Shown piece by piece: positions 16,534-25,658 of a stretch of 64,000 nucleotides of DNA; positions within the stretch are counted from its first letter, which is position 1; each line of letters begins with the position of its first letter. The notes beneath the pieces are model-generated. The model saw only the letters and a program-made list of their open reading frames with translations. It was not told the origin of the DNA and made no database searches. The position numbers and the translations under genes are program-made. Source of the DNA: Alphaproteobacteria bacterium (GTDB lineage Bacteria; Pseudomonadota; Alphaproteobacteria; CAAHEQ01; UBA3637); assembly GCA_017647405.1 (NCBI GenBank), contig JAGCKR010000018.1, positions 5,056 to 69,055 of the forward strand, in the 5' to 3' direction.

Positions 16534-18012
16534 TTATTTTTTACGCATTGTTGGGAAAGCAATAATATCTCTGATCGAAAGATTTGCCGTTAAAATCATA
16601 ATCAAACGATCAATGCCAACACCCAATCCGCCTGTTGGTGCCATACCATGCTCCAAAGCCGTGACAAAATCATCATCCATCATATCGGCTTCGTCATCAC
16701 CGGCATCTCTGGCTTTTACCTGTTCTTCAAAACGTTCTCTTTGATCAATCGGATTTGTCAGCTCGGAATAAGCATTACACATTTCCCATGTATTAATAAA
16801 TGTTTCAAAACGTTCCACCAAACGCGGATCGTCGCGATGCTCTTTTGTGAGCGGAGAAATGGATTTCGGGTGATCAATCACGTGCGTTGGTTGCACAAGA
16901 TGTTTTTCACATTTTTCTTCAAAAACAGCTGCCATACAATGACCCCAGTCAGCATCATCGGCAACCGGCACATTTAAGTCATCGCAAACTTTTCTTGCTT
17001 CTTCATCCGTTTCAATAGCTAAAAAGTCAACGCCGGCATATTCTTTAATTAAATCAGCCATCGATCTTCTTGGGAACGGTCCTTTCAAATTGATTTTATT
17101 GCCATCAATTTCAACTTCCGTTGTGCCATTTGCTTTCATTGCTGCTGCTTCAACAATTTCTTCAAACAAAGTCATCATATCCGTATAATCATTATATTGA
17201 CGATAAACTTCCATCATCGTGAATTCCGGATTGTGACGCGTGTCAATACCTTCGTTTCTGAAATTTCGGCCAATTTCAAAAACCCCTTGCATACCACCAA
17301 CAATTAAACGTTTTAAATAAAGCTCTGGTGCCACACGAAGGAACAAATCCATATCAAGCGCATTATGGTGCGTGATAAACGGTTTGGCTGTTGCCCCACC
17401 TTTAATCACATGCAAAAGCGGTGTTTCAACTTCCAAAATTCCCTTATCAAGCAATAAACTTCTGATTGCCGTGATAATATGAGAACGCTTAATCAACGTT
17501 TCAGTTGTTTCCGGATTGGTAATCATATCCAAATAACGTTGACGATACTTAGTATCCGTATCCGTTAAACCATGAAATTTTTCCGGCAACGGCAACAAGG
17601 CTTTGGCAAGCATCGTAATTTTCAAAGAACTGACAGAGAGCTCCCCACGTTTGGTTCGTTTCACCGTTCCTTCAACACCGATAATATCTCCGATGTCAAG
17701 CAAATCAAGCATTTGCAAAAGCTCAGCCGAACTTTCGTTTTTAGAGGTATAAATTTGAACCTTACCCGTTGAATCATAAACATCGATAAACATGCCTGAA
17801 TTACGGATGGCACGAATGCGACCCGCCACTTTAACCACATCTTCGGTTACCGTATCATTCGGCAATGATTCATATTTTGAAGCAAGCGTTTCGGCGGTAT
17901 CCGTCGGACGATAAATTTGCGGATATGCATTAATTCCCCTCTCTGTTAATTTTTCTAACTTTTTTAAACGAACTTGACGTTGTTCATGTCCTAAATTTTG
18001 ACTTTCTGTCAT
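16534..18012 (-). CDS. lysS: Lysyl-tRNA synthetase, class II
   Basis: N-terminal OB-fold region and class II core motifs (FRNEG, GGLGVGIDRLIMILT); 492 aa. Confidence 0.95.
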   Translation of the reverse strand: MTESQNLGHEQRQVRLKKLEKLTERGINAYPQIYRPTDTAETLASKYESLPNDTVTEDVVKVAGRIRAIRNSGMFIDVYDSTGKVQIYTSKNESSAELLQMLDLLDIGDIIGVEGTVKRTKRGELSVSSLKITMLAKALLPLPEKFHGLTDTDTKYRQRYLDMITNPETTETLIKRSHIITAIRSLLLDKGILEVETPLLHVIKGGATAKPFITHHNALDMDLFLRVAPELYLKRLIVGGMQGVFEIGRNFRNEGIDTRHNPEFTMMEVYRQYNDYTDMMTLFEEIVEAAAMKANGTTEVEIDGNKINLKGPFPRRSMADLIKEYAGVDFLAIETDEEARKVCDDLNVPVADDADWGHCMAAVFEEKCEKHLVQPTHVIDHPKSISPLTKEHRDDPRLVERFETFINTWEMCNAYSELTNPIDQRERFEEQVKARDAGDDEADMMDDDFVTALEHGMAPTGGLGVGIDRLIMILTANLSIRDIIAFPTMRKK

Positions 18013-18075
18013 TCACTACCTTCTTTCTAGCGCGAAAATAAATATAACCACCTTTAATTTATCTTGTTTTTTATA

Positions 18076-18102
18076 ATAAGTCAATGAATTTTATTGACTT
18101 AT
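18076..18102. promoter_or_regulatory. Perfect 10-bp inverted repeat in the lysS / methyltransferase divergent intergenic region (possible operator)
   Basis: ATAAGTCAAT (18076-18085), 7-nt spacer, ATTGACTTAT (18093-18102). The right arm contains a TTGACT -35-like hexamer. Confidence 0.25.
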
Positions 18103-18156
18103 CGGAATAAAAATAGTAAAATCAAAAAAACAATAATTATTATAGAGTATTATCAA

Positions 18157-19143
18157 ATGACAAAAGCATCATGCCCAAACTTTAACCGCTGTGGCGGTTG
18201 TTTATATTTGGATTTAAAGTTAACCGACTATATCGACAAGAAAAAAAACTTTATTTTAAATTCATTTTTAAGAGAAGGTATTTCTTTAACACTGGATGAC
18301 TTCATTTTAATCCCATTCGGAACCAGAAGACGGGCCACGTTTGCTTTTAAAAAGGGCATCATTGGCTTTAACGGGCAAAAAAGCCATCAAATTGCTCCAT
18401 TAGATTCCTGCCCTGCTCTAATTGATGAATTAAATCAGGTGTTACCCTTATTAAAACCGGTTTTAAAAGAACTGAATAAAAGCGGTGATATTTTTGTTCA
18501 AAAAACAAAATTTGGTCTTGATATGCATATAAAAACCGGAAAAGACATCCCCAGTTTAAATGACCGGATGGCTTTGGCTGAATTTGCCAGCGCTTCCCTT
18601 GTTACCCGCCTTTACTATAATAACGAACCAATTCTTGAAAAAACCCCTTCCCCGTTGCCGATTGATTTATTTTTACAACCATCACAAGAAGGAGAAGAAA
18701 CATTAATCAATTTAATGCTTGATCATATTGAAACCGATAACAAAAACATTATTGATTTATTTTCAGGTGCCGGCACATTCACTTTTCCTTTATTAAACAA
18801 AGGATTAAATGTTAAAGGATATGATTCAGCCAAAGAAAGTATTCTTGTTTTAAAAGAACACGGCATGAAACGTGATTTATTCAGAAATCCGCTCATAGCA
18901 AATGAATTTGAAGGGATCGATCTGGTGATTATGGATCCGCCCAGAGCCGGCGCAAAAGAACAAACCAAAGAACTGGCAAAAACTGCGGTAAAAAAAATTA
19001 TTATGATTTCATGCAACCCCATCAGCGCCGCCAGAGATGCCAAAATTTTGATTGACAATGGATGGAAAATAAAAAAAACCATCGGTGTTGATCAGTTTAT
19101 TTACACAAATCACACTGAAATTATGTGCATTTTTCATAAATAA
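18157..19143 (+). CDS. SAM-dependent RNA (uracil-5-)-methyltransferase, RumA/TrmA family
   Basis: N-terminal Cys cluster CPNFNRCGGCLY, DPPRAG and SCNP catalytic motifs. I prefer the ATG at 18157 over the track start 18094 (an AT-rich, Ile/Lys-rich extension). Confidence 0.85.
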   Translation: MTKASCPNFNRCGGCLYLDLKLTDYIDKKKNFILNSFLREGISLTLDDFILIPFGTRRRATFAFKKGIIGFNGQKSHQIAPLDSCPALIDELNQVLPLLKPVLKELNKSGDIFVQKTKFGLDMHIKTGKDIPSLNDRMALAEFASASLVTRLYYNNEPILEKTPSPLPIDLFLQPSQEGEETLINLMLDHIETDNKNIIDLFSGAGTFTFPLLNKGLNVKGYDSAKESILVLKEHGMKRDLFRNPLIANEFEGIDLVIMDPPRAGAKEQTKELAKTAVKKIIMISCNPISAARDAKILIDNGWKIKKTIGVDQFIYTNHTEIMCIFHK

Positions 19144-19216
19144 CCCCTTGTATTTTATGTTAAAATAATATAAAATGTCATCTTGCATACAATAATATGT
19201 TTTAATTGGTGAAAAG

Positions 19217-19891
19217 ATGACAGACGAAAACGCACTCCTTGAAAGCGAAATTAGGCTATTAACAGAAAGAATTGCAACAGAAGACATCAATCCTTTTGAT
19301 GCTTATGTCGGGCATATTATTAAAATGCGACGTAAAGAATTAAAGCTCAGTCAACAACAAGTTGCTTATCTGTTGGGCGTTACTTTTCAACAACTTCAAA
19401 AATATGAAAAAGGAACCAATAAAATAAGTTCAGATAAATTATTGGATTTATCTTATCTGATGAAAATTCCGCAAGAAGTTTTTTCAAACGGATATAATTT
19501 ATTTTGCGCTCATTTAAAAAAGCTGATAAAAGAAGAAAATTTAAATAAGCAATTAAAAATAAACGACTCTGAAAATAAACATTTATATTTAAGTGATAAA
19601 GAATTAAATCAAGAATTAGATAAAATTAAATCTGGATGGGAAGAAAATCAAGAAACAAATCCCCTTGAAATTTCTTATTTTTTCAACAAATTAACAGAAG
19701 ATGACTTTACTTTATTTTACCAATCGTTAATCAATAATCTTGAAAATGACAGTTTACCAACTTGCGCAACGGATAAAAAAAATATTTCAGACAGCGAGGT
19801 AACGCAAAAAATATTCAATTTATATAAAAAAGCATACCAAAATATTGAAAAACATCCATTTGGGGAAGTTTTAGTTAAAACACTTGATTAA
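19217..19891 (+). CDS. XRE-family helix-turn-helix transcriptional regulator with a long C-terminal extension
   Basis: IKMRRKELKLSQQQVAYLLGVTFQQLQKYEKGTNKIS is a classic Cro/C1 HTH. Confidence 0.75.
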   Translation: MTDENALLESEIRLLTERIATEDINPFDAYVGHIIKMRRKELKLSQQQVAYLLGVTFQQLQKYEKGTNKISSDKLLDLSYLMKIPQEVFSNGYNLFCAHLKKLIKEENLNKQLKINDSENKHLYLSDKELNQELDKIKSGWEENQETNPLEISYFFNKLTEDDFTLFYQSLINNLENDSLPTCATDKKNISDSEVTQKIFNLYKKAYQNIEKHPFGEVLVKTLD

Positions 19892-19911
19892 AAAAATAAA
19901 GGGGGGATAAC

Positions 19912-20442
19912 ATGAAAATTTTAATTATTGGAGCTCTCGGAGCCGGCAAGTCAACACTGGCTTATAAAATAAATAAAGAATGGGGATTAACGCGACTTAA
20001 TCTTGATGAAATAGCCAGATGCAAGGAAGACGGCTCTTTTCGAAGCAAAGAAGAATATTTAAAACTTCTTCAACAATTTTTATCTGCTCATCCGGATAAC
20101 TGGGTTGCCGAAGGATCGCATCCTGATCTAATCAGAAACGTTAACCCAAACATTATCATTTATGTAACCACTAACCGATTAATCCGTTTGTTTCGCTTCA
20201 CATTCAGATTTATCAAAGCCAAAAAGTTAATCGGTAAAAACATTTCTCCTGATTTACCGGTTCAAGCTTATCATTACCGTAAGCTTTCCTTAAAAAAAAT
20301 AAGAGATTATGATGTTAGCGGTATTGAAATTATAAACGATTTAAAAGAATTTTTTAAAACCGTTAAGGTGCCCATTATCAAATATAAAAATGAAAAAGAT
20401 TTAAAAGATATACTTCAACTCATGGAAAACAAAAATGATTAA
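19912..20442 (+). CDS. P-loop NTPase / adenylate-kinase-like (topology-modulation-like) protein
   Basis: MKILIIGALGAGKSTLAYKI Walker A at the N-terminus; ~176 aa. Confidence 0.6.
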   Translation: MKILIIGALGAGKSTLAYKINKEWGLTRLNLDEIARCKEDGSFRSKEEYLKLLQQFLSAHPDNWVAEGSHPDLIRNVNPNIIIYVTTNRLIRLFRFTFRFIKAKKLIGKNISPDLPVQAYHYRKLSLKKIRDYDVSGIEIINDLKEFFKTVKVPIIKYKNEKDLKDILQLMENKND

Positions 20443-21640
20443 CATTAAAAATGCTCCCAGATATCTTTACGCTATCAATGCACTACAAAATATGCTTTTT
20501 TGCCTCCCTATTTTAATGCTTTTTTATCAATATAAAGGCGTTTCTCAAGGGGATTTTTTCTTAATTCAGGGATTATCTTTGGCCGCCGTTTTCTTTTTAG
20601 AAATACCTTCCGGCTATATAGCCGATATCTTTTCAAGAAAAACCTCTCTGATTTGTGGTCTTTTGGGGTGGATTTTTGGATATCTTTGCTGGATATTTGG
20701 CAACGGATTTACCTTTATTTTGCTGGGTGAACTTATTTTTGCCGTTGGTATTTCCTTTATTTCCGGAACGCTAGATGCTTATCTTTATGACCTTTTAAAA
20801 AGAAGAAATAAACAAAAGCTTTACCATAAAAAACTTTCAAAATTAACAACGTTTGGCAATCTTGGTTTATTTTTTTCAACCTTAACCGGTGCGTTTCTCT
20901 ACCAGTTTTTAGGACCAAACCAAACTATTTTTCTTTCGGTTGCCGCTCTTATTATTGCCACGTTAATCATGGTTCTTTTACCTGATGTGCCCGAAGCAAA
21001 AAGAAAAGTTGAAAAACAAAAAAGTAAATTAAAAGATATTATCGAGATTTCGACCATAGCCTTAAAAAACAAAGAAATCAAATGGTTAATGATCTTTCCA
21101 GCTATTTATGGTTCTTTAACGCTTACTTTAATGTGGGGACTTCAATCCGTGATGATTGAAACAAAAATTCCGGTGTTTATGTTTAGCATTATTCTTTCTT
21201 TAAACGCGTTTATGCGTATTTTTTGGTCTATGTGTGCCGGAAAAATTTTAGAAAAAATAGGCCTTAATAAATCAGTTTTTTGTTTATGTTTCCTTGTGTT
21301 AATTAGTTTAACAAGTGCAGCCATTTCAGTTAATCTGCCAATTTATTGGGTATATATTTGTTTGGGACTAATGATTTTATCTTCCAGTTCCCGCGTTTTA
21401 GCCAGTGTTGCAACCGTAACGCTGGTGAACCACCGTATCCAATCCGATGAACGAGCAACTGTTCTTTCTGTAAAGAGTATGATTGACCGCATTTGTTCAT
21501 GCTTTGCCATGTTGGCATTAAAACCTTTATTCGATTCTTTCGGTGTTAGCTTGACATTTGTTATCTCCGGTGCTTTAATTATCCCTATTCTTATCAGTGC
21601 TATCCAACTGACGAAACTTCAAATTCAGTTAAAATCTTAA
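20435..21640 (+). CDS. MFS transporter
   Basis: ~12 hydrophobic segments and the MFS-like loop motif GYIADIFSRK between TM2 and TM3. It overlaps the upstream gene by 8 nt. Confidence 0.8.
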   Translation: MINIKNAPRYLYAINALQNMLFCLPILMLFYQYKGVSQGDFFLIQGLSLAAVFFLEIPSGYIADIFSRKTSLICGLLGWIFGYLCWIFGNGFTFILLGELIFAVGISFISGTLDAYLYDLLKRRNKQKLYHKKLSKLTTFGNLGLFFSTLTGAFLYQFLGPNQTIFLSVAALIIATLIMVLLPDVPEAKRKVEKQKSKLKDIIEISTIALKNKEIKWLMIFPAIYGSLTLTLMWGLQSVMIETKIPVFMFSIILSLNAFMRIFWSMCAGKILEKIGLNKSVFCLCFLVLISLTSAAISVNLPIYWVYICLGLMILSSSSRVLASVATVTLVNHRIQSDERATVLSVKSMIDRICSCFAMLALKPLFDSFGVSLTFVISGALIIPILISAIQLTKLQIQLKS

Positions 21641-21655
21641 CAAAAGGAATTTAAA

Positions 21656-22744
21656 ATGGCCACAGAACATGATATTAAAAAAACAGCGTTTATTATCAGC
21701 AAATATTTGCCTATATGGAATCATTTATATGCACAGGCTGAAAAAGAAAAAGAAAATTTTATCCAAGCTGTCAATCAATTAGATTTTAATGAATCTGACG
21801 ATAATTTATGGAAAAAGTTTGGCTGTTTGATTGATCAATATGTTCCTGATAATCATATCATGCTTAAAAGAAACGGTGACAATTTAGTTCCAAAAAAAAT
21901 ACCAACCACCAAAACAGATATAACAAAAGATCTGCCCCCCCAACATGAAAAAATTCATATATCAGATAAAGGGGATTGGTATATCGGAACCAAGAAAATC
22001 GGTGAAAGAAATATTGGCATTGTCAGCATGGGCTTTTTAAGCTTTGATGAAAGCGAATCCAAAGATGCCAGACAAAAATTCATTTCCCGTTTTTTTGAAC
22101 TTAAAAAAGAAAATAATTGGAAAGATATTATTTTTGATTTCAGAGGAAATACCGGCGGAGATGCCCAAGTAATCAAAGAAATTGCAGAACGTTTGGCTGG
22201 CTCTACCCTTAAATATGCTTCAAGAATCGAAGCCGTTATCCCAGACAAAACAGATCCGTACAGACATATTTTTCAAGAAAAAAATCAAGACACAAAAATG
22301 TATAGTTTTATCACAGATAATCAGGCAGAAAGAGCGGCAGGAAATATCTATGTGTTACAAGATAGTTGGAATGCTTCAGCTGCCGAGGGGGCTATCTTTA
22401 TGTTAACCCAGCTAAAAGATTGCAAAACCATCGGTGAACCAACGTCTGGAACTTTTCAAAGCGGTGCAACTGTTTCTTTGAATATCACCCCTGAAACTGA
22501 GCTCGTTATCGGCACAAAATATTTTGAAAGAGAAGATAAAAAAGGCAACATGATTGAAGAAAAAAAAGGCATGAAACCGGATATTTACACAAAATCGGAA
22601 AACGCGATGAAAAAGGCACTTTCCACCATAAAATTAAAGGAAAACATTTTTCTTCAAGCCTTTTCCATTCTGGCTCAAATAACGTTTAATTCATCCGATA
22701 AAAAGAAAAGCTCGCCTTTCTTCAAACAAAATAATCAAAGATAA
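21656..22744 (+). CDS. S41-family (tail-specific protease-like) peptidase domain protein
   Basis: DFRGNTGGD and SWNASAAEG motifs resemble the S41 DLRxNxGG and catalytic Ser regions. Confidence 0.55.
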   Translation: MATEHDIKKTAFIISKYLPIWNHLYAQAEKEKENFIQAVNQLDFNESDDNLWKKFGCLIDQYVPDNHIMLKRNGDNLVPKKIPTTKTDITKDLPPQHEKIHISDKGDWYIGTKKIGERNIGIVSMGFLSFDESESKDARQKFISRFFELKKENNWKDIIFDFRGNTGGDAQVIKEIAERLAGSTLKYASRIEAVIPDKTDPYRHIFQEKNQDTKMYSFITDNQAERAAGNIYVLQDSWNASAAEGAIFMLTQLKDCKTIGEPTSGTFQSGATVSLNITPETELVIGTKYFEREDKKGNMIEEKKGMKPDIYTKSENAMKKALSTIKLKENIFLQAFSILAQITFNSSDKKKSSPFFKQNNQR

Positions 22745-22829
22745 ACAAAGACTTATTTTTTTCGACTTGTTTTTTTTCGATTTTTATGTTAAACTTTGAA
22801 AGATAAAGATACATAAAGGGGGTTTTTCA

Positions 22830-23669
22830 ATGAAAACAATATCAACACCATCAGAGTTTTTGTTTACAGATGATCTAAAAAAACTTTTTCATAGAGGAGA
22901 AATCATCTTAAAAAAAGCTTTAAAAAAATGTCATACCGATAAAAGAAGCATTAAAATAAATGGTGTTTCAACAATGATTGTTAAACCGGTTACAAAAAAC
23001 GCCAGATTAACATTATGTCTTTTAAACCATCCGGACGCCATTAAGGAGTTTAAAAAATTTTGTTTTGAAGAAAATATTTTATTAAACCCTAAATTTAAAA
23101 GAGAAGGCATGTTAGGTGCAGCTGATTTATATCAACAATATGCGTATCCATATACCTTTTTTAATCAGATCTTGTTTTCTTGCTATAAAGAGGGAAAATC
23201 TTTCCAAGCAAACGGCAGGGAAACACCGCTTGTTGAAATGTGTCTTTCCGGATCGCAACAGATTTTAGCCCTTAATGAAAGCAAACAAGCTCTTGAAATT
23301 TTTAAAAGCGTTTGCGCTGAACAAAATACGCCCCTCCTCTCCATTAAAAAACAAGAAGGAATGCTTTCTGCGACTGATCTTTCAAAGATGTATCACGATC
23401 CGGTGGAAACATTCGAAAAATTACTGCAAAAATGTTACGATGAAGAAATTCAATTTACAGAAAGAGGAGAAACATTTCCGTTGGTTCAGAGGGTTAAATC
23501 CGGAAATATCTTTGTTTTGGTCACAAATAAACACCCAGATGCTTTGGCGCATTTTATAAGATATGCTGCCAAAAATAATATTTTGCTCAAAAAAGCACCG
23601 CAAACACAATCAAATATCGATGAATTCATGAAAATTGTTCGCGAAAAAATGAACACCTTAAAAAAATAA
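22830..23669 (+). CDS. Hypothetical protein built of three ~90-aa tandem repeats
   Basis: Repeats are visible by eye (EGMLGAADLYQQY...ETPLVEM... / EGMLSATDLSKMY...ETFPLVQ... / N-terminal copy ending HPDAIKEFKKFCFEENILL, compare HPDALAHFIRYAAKNNILL). Confidence 0.6.
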   Translation: MKTISTPSEFLFTDDLKKLFHRGEIILKKALKKCHTDKRSIKINGVSTMIVKPVTKNARLTLCLLNHPDAIKEFKKFCFEENILLNPKFKREGMLGAADLYQQYAYPYTFFNQILFSCYKEGKSFQANGRETPLVEMCLSGSQQILALNESKQALEIFKSVCAEQNTPLLSIKKQEGMLSATDLSKMYHDPVETFEKLLQKCYDEEIQFTERGETFPLVQRVKSGNIFVLVTNKHPDALAHFIRYAAKNNILLKKAPQTQSNIDEFMKIVREKMNTLKK

Positions 23670-23672
23670 AAA

Positions 23673-24353
23673 TTATAATCGTTTTAAATAATCTTCAAGA
23701 TAATTTAACCATAATTCTTCATGTAGTTCACCGAAAAATTCTTTTAAAAAGCAAATCATAAAGTTATGCCTTTTTACAGCTTCTTTTTTTGCAGCATCTG
23801 TTAAAATAAGCCCTTTTAATTTTAAAAGCTTATCAAAAAAATGATGAATGGCCGGCGCTTGTCCGTCTGCCATATTTTGATAGGACTGAACAGTTAAATC
23901 TGAACAGGGAAAAACCGCAGGATCAAAAATTTTTCCCCGCTTTGAGGCCGCATATTCAATTGTTCGAAGAATAGCCACTGCCCCCATGGCATCCAACATA
24001 TCTGCATCGGAAACTATTGCGCCTTCTTTTGTGTGAGGTCTAATCCCTTTCAAAACATTGCTGTATCCCATATTTGAAATAATATCGCAAACAATTTCTT
24101 GTTTTTCTTGGGATACACCAACTTTTTGCATAATTTTTTTTGCATTCAAAAGCTTTTTTGAATTTTCAAGACCAACAAATTTATAATCATCCGCATCATG
24201 CAAAAGCGCCGCCAACATCACCGTTTCTTTATCGGCACCTTCTTTTTCAGCCAAATCCATAGCTGTTTGATACACACGCTCCACATGATCAATCCCATGC
24301 GCCGAGGCTTCTTTTAAAAGCAGTTTAAGCTCATTTATAATTTGTTGATACAT
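23673..24353 (-). CDS. HD-domain phosphohydrolase
   Basis: H...HD signature (HGIDHVERV ... ALLHDADD). Confidence 0.8.
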   Translation of the reverse strand: MYQQIINELKLLLKEASAHGIDHVERVYQTAMDLAEKEGADKETVMLAALLHDADDYKFVGLENSKKLLNAKKIMQKVGVSQEKQEIVCDIISNMGYSNVLKGIRPHTKEGAIVSDADMLDAMGAVAILRTIEYAASKRGKIFDPAVFPCSDLTVQSYQNMADGQAPAIHHFFDKLLKLKGLILTDAAKKEAVKRHNFMICFLKEFFGELHEELWLNYLEDYLKRL

Positions 24354-24394
24354 TTTTATCCTTCAAAAAAAAGCCCTTAAAAAGGGCTTTAAAA

Positions 24395-25096
24395 TTAATA
24401 ATCATCGTTCGGAATAATGGCTTTTTTAAGCTTTTTCAAGTTTCTTTTCGGACGGCGACTTTGAATATCCGGAACATATTTCATAATCAAATCATGAACA
24501 TCTTTTAAATTTCTGGAATACACATGATCAGCCTCAGGAATCATTTGATATTCAACATGCAAATATTTATGATTCGAAAGTTGCTCTGCTAACATTGCCA
24601 CTGTCGGTTCGCTCACAAGATCATCTTTCCCACCTTGAATAATAAGACCGGATGACGGACAAGGCGTTAAAAAGTCAAATTGATATAAATTCGTTGGTGG
24701 CGAAACAAAAACAAATCCTTTAATTTCAGGACGACGCATTAATAATTGCGCGGCAATCCAAGCACCAAAAGAATAACCGGCAATCCAACAAACATTCGAT
24801 TCAGAATCAATATTTTGAAGCCAATCAAGTGCAATAATTGCATCGGCAAGCTCGCCAACGCCTGTTCCATCAATTGTTCCTTGAGAATTTCCAACCCCTC
24901 TAAAATTAAAACGAAGGACGGAAAAACCCATGTTTACAAAGGCTTGAAACATTGCATAGGTTACTTTATTATTCATGGTTCCGCCTTGAGCCGGATGCGG
25001 ATGCAAAATTAAAACAAGTGGCGCTCTTGGATTTTCAGATTTATGAAAACGACCTTCCAATCGACCGGCAGACCCATTAAAAAAAACTTCAGCCAT
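24395..25096 (-). CDS. Alpha/beta hydrolase
   Basis: Nucleophile elbow GYSFGA and HPHP..GGT oxyanion-region-like motif; ~230 aa. Confidence 0.8.
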   Translation of the reverse strand: MAEVFFNGSAGRLEGRFHKSENPRAPLVLILHPHPAQGGTMNNKVTYAMFQAFVNMGFSVLRFNFRGVGNSQGTIDGTGVGELADAIIALDWLQNIDSESNVCWIAGYSFGAWIAAQLLMRRPEIKGFVFVSPPTNLYQFDFLTPCPSSGLIIQGGKDDLVSEPTVAMLAEQLSNHKYLHVEYQMIPEADHVYSRNLKDVHDLIMKYVPDIQSRRPKRNLKKLKKAIIPNDDY

Positions 25097-25200
25097 AAAA
25101 AAACCCCCTGTTGGTTAAATTATTATCTTTTATTTTTGAGTATATTATAACATTTTTTTAAAAAAAGCAATATTTTTTCATTTTTTTTAATATTTTTTGT

Positions 25201-25229
25201 TGACAATTAATTTTTTTGGCGCTATAAAG
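25201..25229 (+). promoter_or_regulatory. Putative promoter of the tRNA(CAT) gene
   Basis: TTGACA (25201-25206), 17 nt, TATAAA (25224-25229). Confidence 0.5.
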
Positions 25230-25244
25230 TATCTATCGACGATG

Positions 25245-25320
25245 GCGGAATAGCTCAGATGGTAGAGCGGTGGAATCATAATCCATGTGTCGGGGGTTCG
25301 ATCCCCTCTTCCGCTACCAG
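25245..25320 (+). tRNA. tRNA with CAT anticodon (elongator Met or lysidine-type Ile2; not initiator-like), CCA encoded
   Basis: GGCGGAATAGCTCAGATGGTAGAGCGGTGGAATCATAATCCATGTGTCGGGGGTTCGATCCCCTCTTCCGCTACCA folds as a cloverleaf. The 1:72 position is paired (G-U) and the anticodon stem has no GGG/CCC run. Confidence 0.85.
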
Positions 25321-25329
25321 ATTAAAAAA

Positions 25330-25359
25330 GACTTTGTTTTTGAACAAAGTCTTTTTTTT
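25330..25359 (+). terminator. Intrinsic terminator after tRNA(CAT)
   Basis: GACTTTGTT (25330-25338) / AACAAAGTC (25343-25351), 4-nt loop, T8 run. Confidence 0.7.
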
Positions 25360-25397
25360 ATATTGAACAATAATCTTATAAAACATCTATCACTGAT

Positions 25398-25475
25398 GGC
25401 AAAAGAACTTAAAGGCAAGAGCGGTGGAATCATAATCCATGTGCCCGAGGGTTCGATCCCCTCTTGAAGCTACCA
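25398..25475 (+). pseudogene. Decayed tandem copy 1 of tRNA(CAT): 3' two-thirds retained, 5' acceptor/D-arm scrambled
   Basis: GGCAAAAGAACTTAAAGGCAAGAGCGGTGGAATCATAATCCATGTGCCCGAGGGTTCGATCCCCTCTTGAAGCTACCA. The acceptor strands no longer pair. It is followed by its own copy of the terminator. Confidence 0.6.
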
Positions 25476-25553
25476 GATTAAAAAAGACTTTGTTTTTGAA
25501 CAAGGTCTTTTTTTTATATTGAACAATAATCTTATAAAACATCTATCACTGAT

Positions 25554-25632
25554 GGCAAAAGAACTTAAAGGCAAGAGCGGTGGAATCATAATCCTAAGTG
25601 CCAAAGGGTTCGATCCCCTCTTGAAGCTACCA
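25554..25632 (+). pseudogene. Decayed tandem copy 2 of tRNA(CAT)
   Basis: Same as copy 1, with further changes (ATCCTAAGTGCCAAAGGGTTCGATCC). Confidence 0.6.
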
Positions 25633-25658
25633 GATTAAAGAAGATCTTCCTGATTATC

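Noticed and set aside
18094-18156. Upstream extensions offered by the ORF track: 18094 for the methyltransferase, 30977 for the dehydrogenase, 49596 and 50321 for the paralogs, and 56407 for the GNAT-like gene.
   Set aside because: The extensions start at non-ATG codons, translate to AT-rich filler and, for 56407, cross a terminator. Downstream ATGs with SD sequences fit family N-termini better.
25285-25467. 60-aa ORF spanning the tRNA(CAT) 3' end and the first decayed copy.
   Set aside because: It overlaps a tRNA gene and its terminator, so it is a by-product of the repeat.
25266-25640. Regularly spaced repeats that might be mistaken for a CRISPR array.
   Set aside because: The units are ~153-156 bp and tRNA-derived, including promoter and terminator. 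There are no short unique spacers and no cas genes.
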